From assembly GCF_964355755.1 (NCBI RefSeq), contig NC_092674.1, forward strand, positions 13,702,001 to 13,766,000: a stretch of DNA of 64,000 bases, written 5' to 3'. The notes below the pieces were generated by a model. That model was not told where the DNA came from. It saw only the letters and a program-made list of their open reading frames with translations, and did not search any database. Positions 24,631 through 38,300 of this stretch are shown here, one piece after another. The position numbers and the translations under genes are program-made. The first letter of the stretch is position 1. Each line of letters starts with the position of its first letter. The stretch comes from Antedon mediterranea. Taxonomy: Eukaryota; Animalia; Echinodermata.

Positions 24631-25913
24631 CTAGATGGTTCGCTCGCGTACCATCTAGGTCGTTCCCACAGATGGTTCTCGAATATACAGTAATTTCAGC
24701 GTAACAAAACTGGCGATTTCAAATGTACTATAATACATTGTCGTTTACAGAAACGAATAAATAGACACAATGATTTATGTAGTCAACTAAAATTAGCACC
24801 CTGGGAATTACTTCCGAAGGAGAAACTTATCACAAAATGAGTTCAAATTTTTGATTTGGACTCATTTAAAGAAACCCAATTTGTGTTTTGTATAGGGTTG
24901 AGGGATGGGAAAGTGGATAGGTACAAAGAGGAACAATTTTTAAATATATTCTTTATCCACTCAGTAACGAAATATTGTGTTCATGTTTTATAAACCTATA
25001 CATTATATACCTCTAAATACAGTAAAACATTTGCGATTTAATACTTTGTTAAAACTGTCACTGTCATAATCGATTGAAATATTAAAGTATATGTCACGAT
25101 ACACCACTACGACGTTTATATTTTTGGTAATTATTAATTAATACAAACGTTGAGAAGGAACTGTCAGTATAAAGTTTATTTGTATATAATAATGTGTTTA
25201 TACAGTATATCTAACAGTAGAGCCTATCCACAATGTCAGTAATACAGTTTATTATTATCTAACAGGACGAACATTCACAGTAAGAAATGTTCAATTCAAA
25301 TGAGGACCAAAAATAGTTAATAGGTATTTACAGTATTGTCAAAGTATTGCAAGTTTATTCTCAAAGGGCCCATATATTTACCTACCGTATGTGTTAAACC
25401 AAGGGCTCATAAATTTACCGACTTGTGTTAAACCAAACTCTGGCAGACTGAGAGATTGGGATGTTCCATTCATCGCAAATCAATACATTTTTATAATCGT
25501 ATATTAAATCTATCAAAATAGTATTTTTTTAAGAAAATCGGCCTGTCTTCAACATTATGATGGTGTACTGTTCAACCGGTTTTCAGCTATTAAAAACAAT
25601 TATCGTAGGAGGAGATAGGAAAATGCGAAGCCTCCTCGCATTTTTGTGGCGGGTATTTTTCAAGATGGACATCCATTAGACAGTGTATACCACGATCGGA
25701 AAACACCCCTTTTTGGGGCAAATCGTTGAACCTATATTCATTTTAATCGTCAATAACTAATTATCTAACTTAATTTAATTAGTAAACAGGGTTACATCAG
25801 GTGGTTAAAATCAGTACCGAAAGTACGAACCAACTTTACATACCATCGAGTAAAAATTCTAGAAGTAAGGCGCGATTTACCTAATTTTGCCCTTACGTAA
25901 ATTTATATATAGA
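24631..25913 (-). mobile_element. Non-autonomous Helitron
   Basis: Minus-strand 5' TCTATATAT, 3' hairpin ending CTAG, inserted between A and T with no TSD; related copies at 36863 and 51012. Confidence 0.88.
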
Positions 25914-25994
25914 TATTAACGCCGTGGCTAAAGATATGGTAACGTATCCTAACTTCCGTTTACTAAAGGTACGGTAAAATTGCATTGCGTCATA

Positions 25995-26906
25995 GGCCCG
26001 TTTCTGCTGCCAAAAATATACCGTATATATACGGTATATGTTATATACGGTATATTTTTTGGCAGCAGAAATGGGTCTCATAAAAAATATACCGTATATA
26101 TTTGCGGTATATATACTGCATAAATATCCCCATCGTTTGTGGATATTATACGGTATATTCCAAAATATACCGTATATTTCGTTCCCCGTTTCTGCTGCAC
26201 TCAAAATATACCGTAAATGTGACCCGACTCATGACACGAGGTCAAAAACTAACAGAGCGCGACGCGTTTGTTTTGGTTTTTCTGCTGCATTGAAAGTTGA
26301 AACACACGTGTAAAAGCAAGCAACAGATCAAAATGTCACTGTGGACCGAACAAATCACTATTTTTGCAATTCAATTGTGGGGGGAAGCGAAGGTTGGGGG
26401 GAGACTGCATGGCAACAGAAGAGATACCGAGATTTTAATTACAATAAATCGAATTTTCTTACACGACAACAACGTCATGTAAAATCATGGTAAAATACTG
26501 TATAATAGAAAATGGAAATTAAAACGGCAATATAGGATAATATAGCATAATATAAACTCAATTTGAATAACAGAGTTTATTTATAGTGACATTTCTAGAT
26601 TGTTCTTGTATGTGCGGTGTAAATTCGTTGCCACTTCTGCTCATTAGATTTAAAATAGAAAGCAATGCTACGACGTTTTGAGAAACCATCATTGTTTTGT
26701 TTTTGTCAGCATGTACCGGTAGGTAAAAACCTCACTACACGAGGTCAATCCATACTTCTCACGAAATGCATTTTGGGTAATGAAAGCCAACTTTTTTACA
26801 ACCCACCCACGAAGTATGTGCAGCGGAAACGGTGCACGAATTTCATATACGGTATATATACGGTATATTTATACGGTATATTTTGGGTTGGCAGCAGAAA
26901 CGGGCC
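25995..26906. mobile_element. Non-autonomous TIR element with ATATACCGTAT subterminal repeats
   Basis: 17-bp perfect TIRs GGCCCGTTTCTGCTGCC; CATA (or ATA) duplicated; sits inside the left TIR of the Transib-like element. Confidence 0.85.
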
Positions 26907-27374
26907 CATAGTCAGCCAATGGGGTGCTGGTACGTGTCTGACGTCATCGAATAAGGAAAACAGTGATCAACCGGCGGCTTAACATTTTCTTATTATGCTT
27001 CATTTATCGCTATTATCCCCGTCGTGTGACAAAACTAAATGTAGCCTAGTAGGCCTACGTCTGTTATTATTGATAGGCTAAAACATGTTTATTTTAATTC
27101 TAGAATACAGACATTGACCGTTTCAAAAGAGGCCTACTACGTACTATAACCATGCTATAGCCTCGGTATATGGGTTAGCCAGGCTGGGGCCAGCTGCACG
27201 TGTGTGCGCTGATTTCTGTGACTAAGACCTGGGGCTAGGCTAGACCTATTGTCTAAATCATAGTATTTGAGGGCCCCTTTATTGTCCGCATTTGCTTTTT
27301 GTTTATGGTCACCATCTGTAAACAAAGTTTATTATTAAAAAATATAGGCCTAAATAGGCAATTTGGAATAAAAA

Positions 27375-28474
27375 TAAAACCCTCATAGTAACTATAGGCC
27401 TATAAAATGGCTACTTAATTTTTTAAAAGATAGAGAACAGCGTGTTAAGCTTAATCACACGTTGTCCTCGTTGTTGATAGTTAACACGGGTATTCCACAA
27501 GGTTGTGTGTTATCACCTTTATTGTATACAATATACACAAATGATTGTAAGTCAAATAATACAAAAACTGAGATTATTAAATATGCAGACGACACTGCTC
27601 TGATTGGTTATCTGGATTCAAAAGATGATTCAATGACAGGCTTCTTAGACAGTATTAATATTTTTCACAAATGGTGTAAAGATAATTTTTTTGATCTAAA
27701 TATAAATAAAACTAAAGAGATGGTTTTTGATTTTCGGAAGAAGATAAACTACCTTCCCAAGATCAAAATCAATGGTGAGACCATTCCGGAAGTTAAAACT
27801 TACAAATATTTAGGGGTTGAAATTGATAATAAACTTAAATTTGATGCAAATAGTAGGTGCATATACAATAAATTACAAAAACGTCTCTTCTTTCTACGCA
27901 AATTAAACTCTTTTAAGATTGACCGTACTATTTTACAACTTTTTTATACTTCTATCTTAAACAGTGTACTTAGTTTTTGCCTAATATGTTATTATGGTAA
28001 TTCACGTTTTAAAGATAGACTTTTACTTAATAAAATAGTTAAACAAGGCAGTAGAATAGTAGGCTCTGAACAAATTCAACCTGAAGTTTTATATAAGGAA
28101 TTAGTAATTAAAAAATTGAAAATTATTTTAAAAGACCACGCTCATCCTCTGCACTATAAATTTAACAAAAGTCAACGTTGTGACAGACTGTGGCAATTCA
28201 TTCGTCCCTGCCGCTATACGATTATATAATGAATGATAATATCATTCATTATATAATCGTATAATCGTATTTTATGCGCTAGTTTTATTTTTTGTAGTAT
28301 TTTAAATCGACTTTTTAGGATTTTATATGTATATTTTGTATGGCTTTTTTTTATCGTATTTTATATTTTATGTACTGTATCCATTTTATATTTGTATGTA
28401 CTGTACTTTTGAAAAGGCCAACAGAGTTTCCCCATGGGGATAATAAAGTTTTAATTGAATTGAATTGAATTGAA
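27375..28474 (+). mobile_element. 5'-truncated Rex/Babar-type LINE (RT C-terminal half)
   Basis: GIPQGCVLSPLLY, KYADD, KTKEM, YKYLG; 3' end TTTCCCATGGGGATAATAAAG followed by (TTGAA)n. Confidence 0.9.
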
Positions 28475-30149
28475 TGGACGAATGAACTAGACGCAACACA
28501 ATTTCCAACATTGAATTATAATTCCTTTACTTCTAATTTGGCTATCAACTTCTAGTCTACTGTAGTTTAGTGTTTAATGTTGTATAATGAAATAATATTT
28601 AAGATTGAGTGCATGATTTAAACCAACCACATGATCTTGCTCTATTACTACAGCATTGACGATTCTGGATTCAACATTACTACGTCTAGCCCCGAGGCTG
28701 AGTCACAGAATCATAAGCGCACACATTCTTGCAGCCTGGCGACGCCGATAGGCATTCTCTATATAGCTACAGACGCGAAGTGAAAAAAATCCAAAGTCCA
28801 TTGGCTGATTATGACGTAATGCAATTTTACCGTACCTTTAGTAAACGGAAGTTAGGATACGGTACCGTATCTTTAGCCACGGCGTGATATTAATACAGTC
28901 ACCCTCTCAACTGAACTCTCTAGAAACTTTCCCAAAACCAGACGTTTCTTGAATTAAAAATAATTTTTTACCATTAAAAACAAATTCAGAATACCAGATT
29001 TACCAGACATTTAGCCCAGCCCAAATATTTCTGATATTGGGAGAGTAAATCCACATAATTCTATCAGAAGGGAAACAAGACAAAATGGCGCTTGATAACT
29101 ATCTGAACCCACGCTTTCTCATTCAAAAGCATGTCAATTTCTTGTTATGCTTCCACTCCCTCTCTCTAATTCAGCTAAAAAAGAGGACCAATATAAGTAT
29201 GATTGATATACATATTTTAAATTTATTTTTTTTTTTCAGGATTTCCATCTTTAGGACAGCTTCAAGAGAAATTATTAGAAAGAAATGTAATTCCAATTTT
29301 TGCAGTAGCAAAATCAAAACAGCGCGGTGATCCAGCTCTTTATCAGGTATTGAATATGTTGAATCATAAAGATAGAATACATTCTAGTATCTTGTGTTAG
29401 TTCTTTAGAATACTCCACATGCTAGTCCTATTAGTGCATGGGTTTAGTATATCTGCTACTTGATCAACTTATATATATAAATATATTGTTATCTGAAAAA
29501 TAATGGTTGGATATGCCATTTTAATGTCATGTAATAGTTCTTCCATTCCAAAAAATAGGTCGGAAAAAAAATGATTTACCTACCTGCCAGCAGTGCAGCA
29601 TCTACCCAGATCAGCACGCCAAGAGATTGACCCCTGCTCTTTTTCGAATAATGGACCGAGTTCTTTAACATGCATTGTACAAGGGGCCAGCAGCTTTATA
29701 TCCCATCCGGTGTATGAGGTATATTTTAATTTGTATTTCTTTATTTCAACAGGAAGTTGTAAATGAGTTTTTCCCAGGTGGATCTGTGGGAACACTCTAG
29801 CTAGTGATTCAAGAAACATTACTGAACTTGTTCGTAGTAGTTATGATGTAAGTTTGGAGTTTTTCTTTTTATTTTTTCCTAGTAGTTTTTTTTTTACTAA
29901 TTATTATCATTAACACAAAACCAGCTAAGCAAACATTTATGCTGTTTGTGGAACAATTTTTGGATTTATAGGCCTTTATCGAGTGTAAATAAAATTAGGC
30001 CTTCTTAGAATTAAGAAGGCCTAAAATTAGAACTTCTTGAAAAATTGCTTTTTCTACAGACTTCGATGACGATTTTTAATGATATTGCAATATATTTTTT
30101 TTTTTTGATATAGTATTTATATTCATTTTTAATGTTAAATACAAATTAT

Positions 30150-30320
30150 ATTCTAAATGTTTTTTATACAATCAGTGCAATAGGAGACCTACTAGATAGT
30201 GATTAAGGTCGCTTTTTAGGAATCCCTGTCTCTGTCTAGTTTTGTGTGATGTTTTATTTTCTTTGTCCATGTTTTTCTATATTGTATTTTTATGGAGACA
30301 AAAATAAATGAAATGAAATA
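30150..30320 (+). mobile_element. LINE 3'-tail fragment shared by both integrin copies (also ~52960-53130)
   Basis: T-rich sequence ending AATAAATGAAATGAAAT. Confidence 0.45.
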
Positions 30321-31925
30321 AAGTTTGATGTAAATTTAATTTAAATTAAACATTTAACTACATAAAAAGACTTCAATTAAAGTAACTTTTTTCTTGTTTA
30401 AAATTACTTGTACAAAATCTTTCACACAGATGTGGAGTTATACACCATGCAGCGAAAGGATTAATGCACACATTTTGTTTATTGCACATGTGTTATTAGT
30501 TATTAGTATCATAATTAATTAAAAAAGCACAATTCAAAAACATCTTTGTTTTTGTAATTGCATGCAAACATTTCTCTAGAGTCCTCTATTTCTATTGTAA
30601 AGTTTTGCCCATTTTATTAAATCTAAAATTTATATTATTTATTCATAAAACACAAAATAGATAAAAAAAATTGTCCTACTGATATGACCATGTATTTCAA
30701 TTGATGGTGTTCCTGGGCAACATAACAATTTGTTTAGGGTCTTTAGATTTACAATCAGCTTTGTGTTTCTAGCATTTCCCTTTTAAATGCTGTGACATAA
30801 TCAATAATGATGATTTTAATGGTGGCAATAAAGCATGAAGATGACATAATATGAATGAATGAAGATAATGGCATTGATGTTGAATCATCATAAATATGAT
30901 ACAGTACTATCATTAAGAAAACTTCTTTTATTTCTTTTTTCAAAATTATGATTATTATTATTTGTAAAATGTCCATTTATTGAATAAATGGTATGATACG
31001 ATGATGATTAATTTCGACTATGCAGTGGTTGAACAAATAAGAACTTTTATCTAATATTAATAAGTTACAGGGTACATGATGTGCTTGAATTTTTATCAAA
31101 ATGTTTAGTTTTTCAGTTAAACCTCTCGGATTTGAAGAGAACCTAGAAGTTGTCATAATAATAAATTGTGAATGTGAATGTAGCAAGTCTGTGACAGCAG
31201 ACAGTGAGCTATGTAGCAATGGTGATGGTTCACTGGTCTGATAGTTTACCATGTCAAACGTAAGTTAATTTTTCTAAGGTTTTTTCAACTTCTTTACATT
31301 TTTTTCTTTTTGGAAAAGCATGATATACCGCTAACCTAGTTTACTAGTGTTTATTCATAATAAAATATTGCTGTTGAGTATTTTACAAATTTGTTTAACC
31401 ATTATTTTCTGAACACATACTGTAAACTATAGAGGGCAGAAATCATAATTTTGATTTCTTATTTTCAGTATCCATGAAATGATGTATAGGCTTATGTACT
31501 TGTATGTTTAAAAAATATGAGTCAAATCCTATTTTTATTTATTTCAATAGAAGTAACTCATCTTTAGTTTGTTCAGGGCAAGGGTCATGCATATGTGGGA
31601 AATGTGTGTGTAACAAGCGACAAGTACAGTAGGTGAAATATAATATGATTTTATAGTTTTCTTATTGGGGCATATCAGTAGGTCAACTATTACAGTATGT
31701 ACTGTGAGTATACTATAGTGGGTCAATTAGAGGAAAAAAGAAGTTTTTTTAAATCTGTTGCTGATGATAATTGACAATTAGTAAGTGCAACAGATTAAAG
31801 GTAATGTAACTCTATAAATAGAGAATGTCACTCTTTTATATAGGGTTTGAGAGGAGGAGGCGAGACTCAAGTAGTCAATTTGTTATTTATAACTACTATA
31901 CATGGTTTCTCTATTTCTAATAATG

Positions 31926-32660
31926 GCATGAGGTAATTTCCCGATTGATCGTAATCAAAACGGTACTGGGTTTGGTCTACTAGCGTTCCTGCTCCCAACC
32001 AGTACATCCATTCATAGAAGCCTTAATGAAGTAAGCCTACCTGGTGGTGGCCATAGAACGGTCCCGAGATAACGACTATACTTCGGCTTTAGTCGATAGA
32101 AGATTGAATAAATTGTTAGAGATAGAGTATACGATGTTATGATTATGTGTAGATATGTGATTTGTTCTTTTTATTCCAATGATGTTATGTATTTAATAAA
32201 TTTGTTATATCAAATAATTAAATTATCGTAGATTGCATATTATGCGATGAATATTATTTAATAAATTTTTGATATAATTATTATTATTATTATATTAATA
32301 AAAAAGATATTTGTTAGTATAAATTAAAAAATATAGATATAAGGAAGAAAAGCAAAGAGATTATGGAGCGGCTGTACCAGAATATACAACACTAAGTATT
32401 GTAAAGTTAATATATTAAAAATTTAGGCGATCTTGTCAAAGGTCAAGCGCCTTCAGCCTGCCACGTTTCGATATTCAATATTGAACTTGACCTGACGTGG
32501 TTCCACAATATCTTTATATGAAAATGGTAGAGTGGATAGAAACATAAATTAATTTAAATTTAAAATGTTTACCTTAAACTGGTTTTGAACTGAATCGGTT
32601 GATGTCTTATCGTTGTATGTATGATTTGGTTTGGTTTAAATTATGTTAAATTAAATAATA
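31926..32660. other. ~730-bp segment present only in copy 1
   Basis: Copy 2 reads TAATAATGGTCAAC at ~55325 without it; no family recognised. Confidence 0.6.
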
Positions 32661-35330
32661 GTCAACTGCTATGTGATCAACAGACACTGTTGTCGTGACC
32701 ATTTAGTCATTTAAAAATATATAATCCAACCCACTAAGTTTTTGCCAAATGTTGTAACCCGGCTCCTGATAATATATTGGTCATATATTTTCTTGAATGC
32801 AATTAAAATGTATTATAAATAGAGCTTTTTTTGTTGATTAATATTTTTTTCTTTTTCAAGAATCCTTTAGAAAAAATCACAGGAAAGTTTTGCAACTGTG
32901 ATAACTTCTCTTGTCGCAGAGATTCTGCTGACCTCATTTGTGGTGGTATGTTCAATTTTGTTTATATTTTCTTTTTCATGCACAGAATTTGGTAAATTTA
33001 AGCTCTGCTCACAATATTAAGGATCATATCAGCATTTTTCTACTACAGTAACTAAATATCTTGAATATGATTTTAGTCTGTTTCAAATGTAGAAGCTATG
33101 ATAGTCACTGCAATAAACAGATTATTAGATTATTGCATTGCATAAACAGGTTAAACAGAAACAAAATAGTTTAGTTACTGCAATAACTGCAATAAGATAA
33201 TCAATCTCTGTAGAAAATTTATTATATTTCTCTGATATTTTTTTTTATTGTGAATTGCCTTTGAACATTTTTGAAAAAGATAGTATACAAATGAGGTATT
33301 TAATTATTATTAATTACTATGAAAATGGTTTTGATCGTCTTGTGTATTATGTACTGTATGCTGTGCTATATAACATATTTAGACTTGATACACTGTCTAC
33401 ACTATCACACTTATCAATACAATATTTGGGCACATTACACTTTTTTTGCCAAACTAGTCTGATAGTATAGACAGAGCTTACTAGGTATTTATTAACTTTG
33501 ATAGGTCCATCAAAAGGAACATGCGTTTGTGGTCAGTGTGAATGCAAGCCAGGCTATAGTGGTCCTGATTGCAGTTGTCCAACAAGCATTGAAAACTGCC
33601 TAGCATCTACTGGAAAAGAGTGCAATGACGCTGGACACTGTGAATGTGGTGTTTGCATGTGTAAATGCAACACTGGTCTATGATGGCCCAACTTGTGAGG
33701 ATTGTGATGTAAGTTCATTTATGTTAAAATCTTAATGCATCCTCAAATTCAAATGTATGATGTCATCATTATCAGGATTGATCAAATGCCCTATTCATAG
33801 AAATATTAATAAATTATTATCCATTAGTTCAATTTTAATTATTTTCTTTCATGTAATCTCTTTTATACAAAGCTTCTTTTTTCTTGAGACGCCATTTCAT
33901 CATTTTAACATTGTACAGTACCATAATAATTTATACAGTACCATAATTTTTCCAATGATTTTTCTGATGATGAATAAATGTATTTGTATTATAATATAAT
34001 TCTATTTTCTATGTAAAACTGTCTTAAGTTTAAGTCATGTGACACCCATCACCGAATCGTTCTATAGACGATCTGTCCCACCTATTTTGTACTTACTGTA
34101 GGACAGAACCCCAATTGAACATAGTCATATTTACTGATGTTTGTAGACATGTCCAGCTAAATGTGATCGCAATCGTGACTGTGTGCAATGTCTAGCTTAT
34201 GGTACAGGTATATCTGAGGAAAAATGCCAAGAGTGTCCTCAAAGAATTATACTTGTTGAGGAAGAAGAATTAATAGGTAAGAATTGTGGATACATTTTAA
34301 TTGAAAAGTAATAAACTCATTTATTTTATTTGATTTGTCTTCAAAATTCTGTAAACCTTCTTGTTTCATTTCTTTTATTGTATTCATCCGATAAAAAAAC
34401 TTTAAAAAGGATAAAACACGATTAAAATACATTAGTACAATCCAATGTATTGAGTTGCCATGTTGTAATTGGTGGTGCACAGTGTTTATAAACTATAAAG
34501 TATAGTAGGACAAGCATATGACAATTTAGGAAATGTTTCTGGTTTGTTCAGGGAAGAGTGCCTTATGCATATGTTGCTTTCACGACACATGCATTGCGTA
34601 CTATACTTCCTGTCAAAGCAAAATGAACAAGTATTTTAACAAAACTTTTCTCTCAAAACTACACTGTTATGCAAATGAACGAAAATGAATGCTCTTTATT
34701 AGCTATCTTTTCATGATGTTATAAGTACTGTATAATCTATACTGAGTTTTAGCAGGTACTGTATAATTTATGGCATTGTAAAATATTATTATAAGGATTT
34801 TCTTAAGCACTTAAAGGAAATCTTCTGTGATCTAATAGTTTTATATACTAGCTGTTTATTATCTTGAATTATTAAAGATTTGTAAAAAATAAAGATTATT
34901 ATAAGGAAAGAAGAAGGTTTAATTGGTAAGAAGTCAAAAAGTTGAAAAGTAATAAACTAATTTATTATATTTATTTTTTATTTCATTTTATTTATATATT
35001 CATCCGTTGATTAAATTGATTAAAAAATGGTCCTCATCATCTGTTTTCCATGGGGTTGTGTATTGCTGATCTAGCGAATTATAGGGCTAGGCCTGTTTGT
35101 GTTAATCAAAAGCTTTCAGCACTTGCATATTGATGTTTCCAGTTCATAAATTCCTTTCAGGGAAATTGGTTGTTCGAATAGTTTTTACTTTTTGCGAACT
35201 GAAAAAAAAAATCAGGAATTGATGGAAGTAATTCTCGGGTGGGACATAAACCCATGACTTTTGGCAGTAATGACTGAAACATTGTTTGCCAAAACATTTT
35301 ATTTCGGTACTTTCAAAATATAAATAAATA

Positions 35331-38300
35331 ACTAGAATTGAATTCGTCACTTTGACGAATTATAGGTGATCATTTTTATCATTTTAATAAATTAACATTT
35401 TTTAAACATGCATGTACGTTAACATACGATCGTTAAAAGTTGATGTACGCCATCCTATGACGTGATGCATTCGCATATACACTTATAGTGCTGAGTTCTA
35501 CCTATTATGTGTCATACAATATGTACAGTATATACTGTATATCTATATACAGTGTAGCATAGGTGAAATTACGGGACTCATATCGTGTTCTAATTTTTTG
35601 GTATGATGGAATTTTCAAAATAAACTCGAAGATGACGATTTCGAAAGATAATGAATTGAGCAAATAAATATAAGGATTGGAAGAAAATTTGACACGTAGA
35701 AGCGCAATGCGCGGTCTTTGAAATTTGTATAACTTTGACTAAAGAAATTTAAAAACTACTTTTTAACTTCAACTGGCCATATGATAACATCACAACATCC
35801 GATAGGCTTAATTTTAATATGAATTCATATCTACATTTCATCAGATTTCATAATAAGTTATAATCTTCAAGGTCACCTTTAATTCTGAAGAGCTATAAGA
35901 TATTCAAATGTATGGTGTAGCTGAAATTACACGACCTAGGTTATTCAAGTTTTTACGCATGATGACGTCATCAAAATAAAAAGGTTGACAACTCATTAGA
36001 AGAATAATTAATTGAGCAAGCACATACTAAAAGTTGTGCAAAAATCGGGCTCAAATAACGGAGATCCGCTCTATTGAATGTGATAACCCACACAAAAAGA
36101 TAAAAATTCCTAATTTTTAAATTCAAGTGGCCATTTGATGATGTCATACCATTTTGTACGTCTAATGTGTATATACATTTGTATCTACAACTTATTGGCT
36201 TCCATAATAAGTTAAAAAAATTGGGGGTCATCTGCCATTCTGAAGAGTTATATTCATTTTAAAAAGTCCTTATTGTTTACCATTTTTAGCACTTTTGTAC
36301 AATTAGTGTGCGCATTTTGTCATTTTTAACGTGCTCGTATAGCGTTATTTTAAGTCGGAATGGACTCAAAATTGGTGAATGTACTAAGGATTGTGAGTAG
36401 AATGTGATTTATACATCAAATTTTATTTTTTACGCATTTTAAGAATCGTGCGCACAAAAACGCATTTTTGCGCAGTAATTTTTTGAAACACGCAAATGGC
36501 CTAATTCATGCTCTAAATTGATCAAAACCTAATTTTGCGCGTTTTAAATTTTTAACGCGCGATTTCACGTGCATGACCTTGAAACGCGCAACTTTTTATT
36601 TGCTAATCTTTTTACCCTTGACCTGAAGTTTACCTGTAGTGAATTTCATTAATATGTCATAATGAATTATGGAGATATGATTGATAATGTGATTTCACAA
36701 AATGGCGTATAAATGACGTCACGGATGAGTGATCACGCTGGAAAGCTGATTAGGATTAAGTTATATTATTTGAAAGATATTCTGAAATTTTGGTAATCAT
36801 TGACATTAAACTTTTTTTACCTGTAGTGAATTTCATTAATATGTCATAATGAATTATGGAGACTAGATGGCACGCTCGCTTCGCTCGCGTACCATCTAGG
36901 TCGTGCCCACAGATGGTTCTCGAATACACAGTATTTCCCAGCGAGAAAAAAATGGAGATTTCAAATGTACGTACTGCAGGACTACATTGTCGTTTACACA
37001 AACGAATAAATATACACGATGATTTATGTAGTCAGCTAAAATTAGCACCCTGGGAATTACTTCCGAGAGAGAAACAAAATGAGTCAAATTTTTTTATTTG
37101 GACTCATTTAAACAAACCCAATTTGTGTTTTGTATGTAACATTAAGGGTTGAGGTATGGGGGAAGAAGATAGGTAAAAAGAGGAAACATTTTAAAATATA
37201 TTCTTATCCACTCAGTAACGAAATATTGTTTTTAATGTTTTATAGGCCTATAAATAATATACCACTAAATACAGTAAAACATTTACGATTTAATACTTTG
37301 TTAAAACTCTCACTGTCATAGTCGATTGAAATAGTAAAGTACATGTAACGATACACCACTACGTACGTTTATATATTTTTAAATTATTAATTAATACAAA
37401 CGTTGAGAAGCAACAGTAGTAATAACGTTTATTTATTTGTATATTATATGTTTATAATCTAACAGTAGGGCCTACCCACACTCACAGTAATAAAGTTTAT
37501 TTGTATATTTGTTTATATTATATCTAACAGTACCAACACTCACAATAAGAAATTTGCGATTCAAATTGCGATCAAAAGTGGTTAATACCTTAACAGTATT
37601 GTACAGCATTGCAATACTATTTATGTTTATTCTCCAAGGGGGCCCATAAATCTAAATCTATACCTCTATGGTTAAACCAAATAATTTGGAATGTTTCATT
37701 CATCACAAATCAATACATTTGTAAAAACGTATATTACATGTATCAAAATAGCATTTTTTAAAGAAAATCGGCCTGTCTTCAACATCATGATGCTGTACTC
37801 GAACTGGTCAACCGGTTTTCAGCTATTAAAAACAATTATCGTAAGAGGAGATAGGAAAATGCGAAGTGTCCTCGTATTATTGTGTGCGGGTATTTTTCAA
37901 ATTGACATCCATTAATGTCTTATAATAAATAAGTACTGTAATAGTTACTGAAGTTACTATTACAATCTCGTCAATGAAAACACGAAAATGTATATGCACT
38001 TACTTATGAAAACGTATACAGTATTATACTCAGTTATTGAAACAGTAGGTTTAAAAAAGTTTCGTTTGTCTGTAAAATGATGTAATCAAGCTGTTTACAT
38101 GAGTCTTAATTTATAAGCACATCAATAATAAAATAGTTTATCTATCCTGTAATTGGCGAGATTATGGTCGCTGTTGAATGAAATAAAGCCAATCGGTATC
38201 ATATTTGTACAGAAACGTTTTCGCGGCCGAAGGGTGTAACCTAAATTCGTTGTATTATCGTCAAGAACTAACTGTAACTAAACTTACATAGAAAGTAGGG

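Larger units (their letters stand above)
25918..28886. mobile_element. Non-autonomous Transib-like element with nested insertions
   Basis: ~75-85 bp TIRs ((C)ACGCCGTGGCTAAAGATA.. / ..TATCTTTAGCCACGGCGTG); ATATT 5-bp TSD; the paralog at 23410-23435 shows the empty site. Confidence 0.72.

Noticed and set aside
32440-32500. Possible Penelope-type hammerhead ribozyme (CGAAAC on the minus strand)
   Set aside because: No correctly placed CUGANGA core or stems.
36856-37915. Short ORFs recurring in Helitron copies (also 51052-52075)
   Set aside because: Recurrence reflects repeat identity; frames are broken between copies and there are no Rep/helicase motifs.
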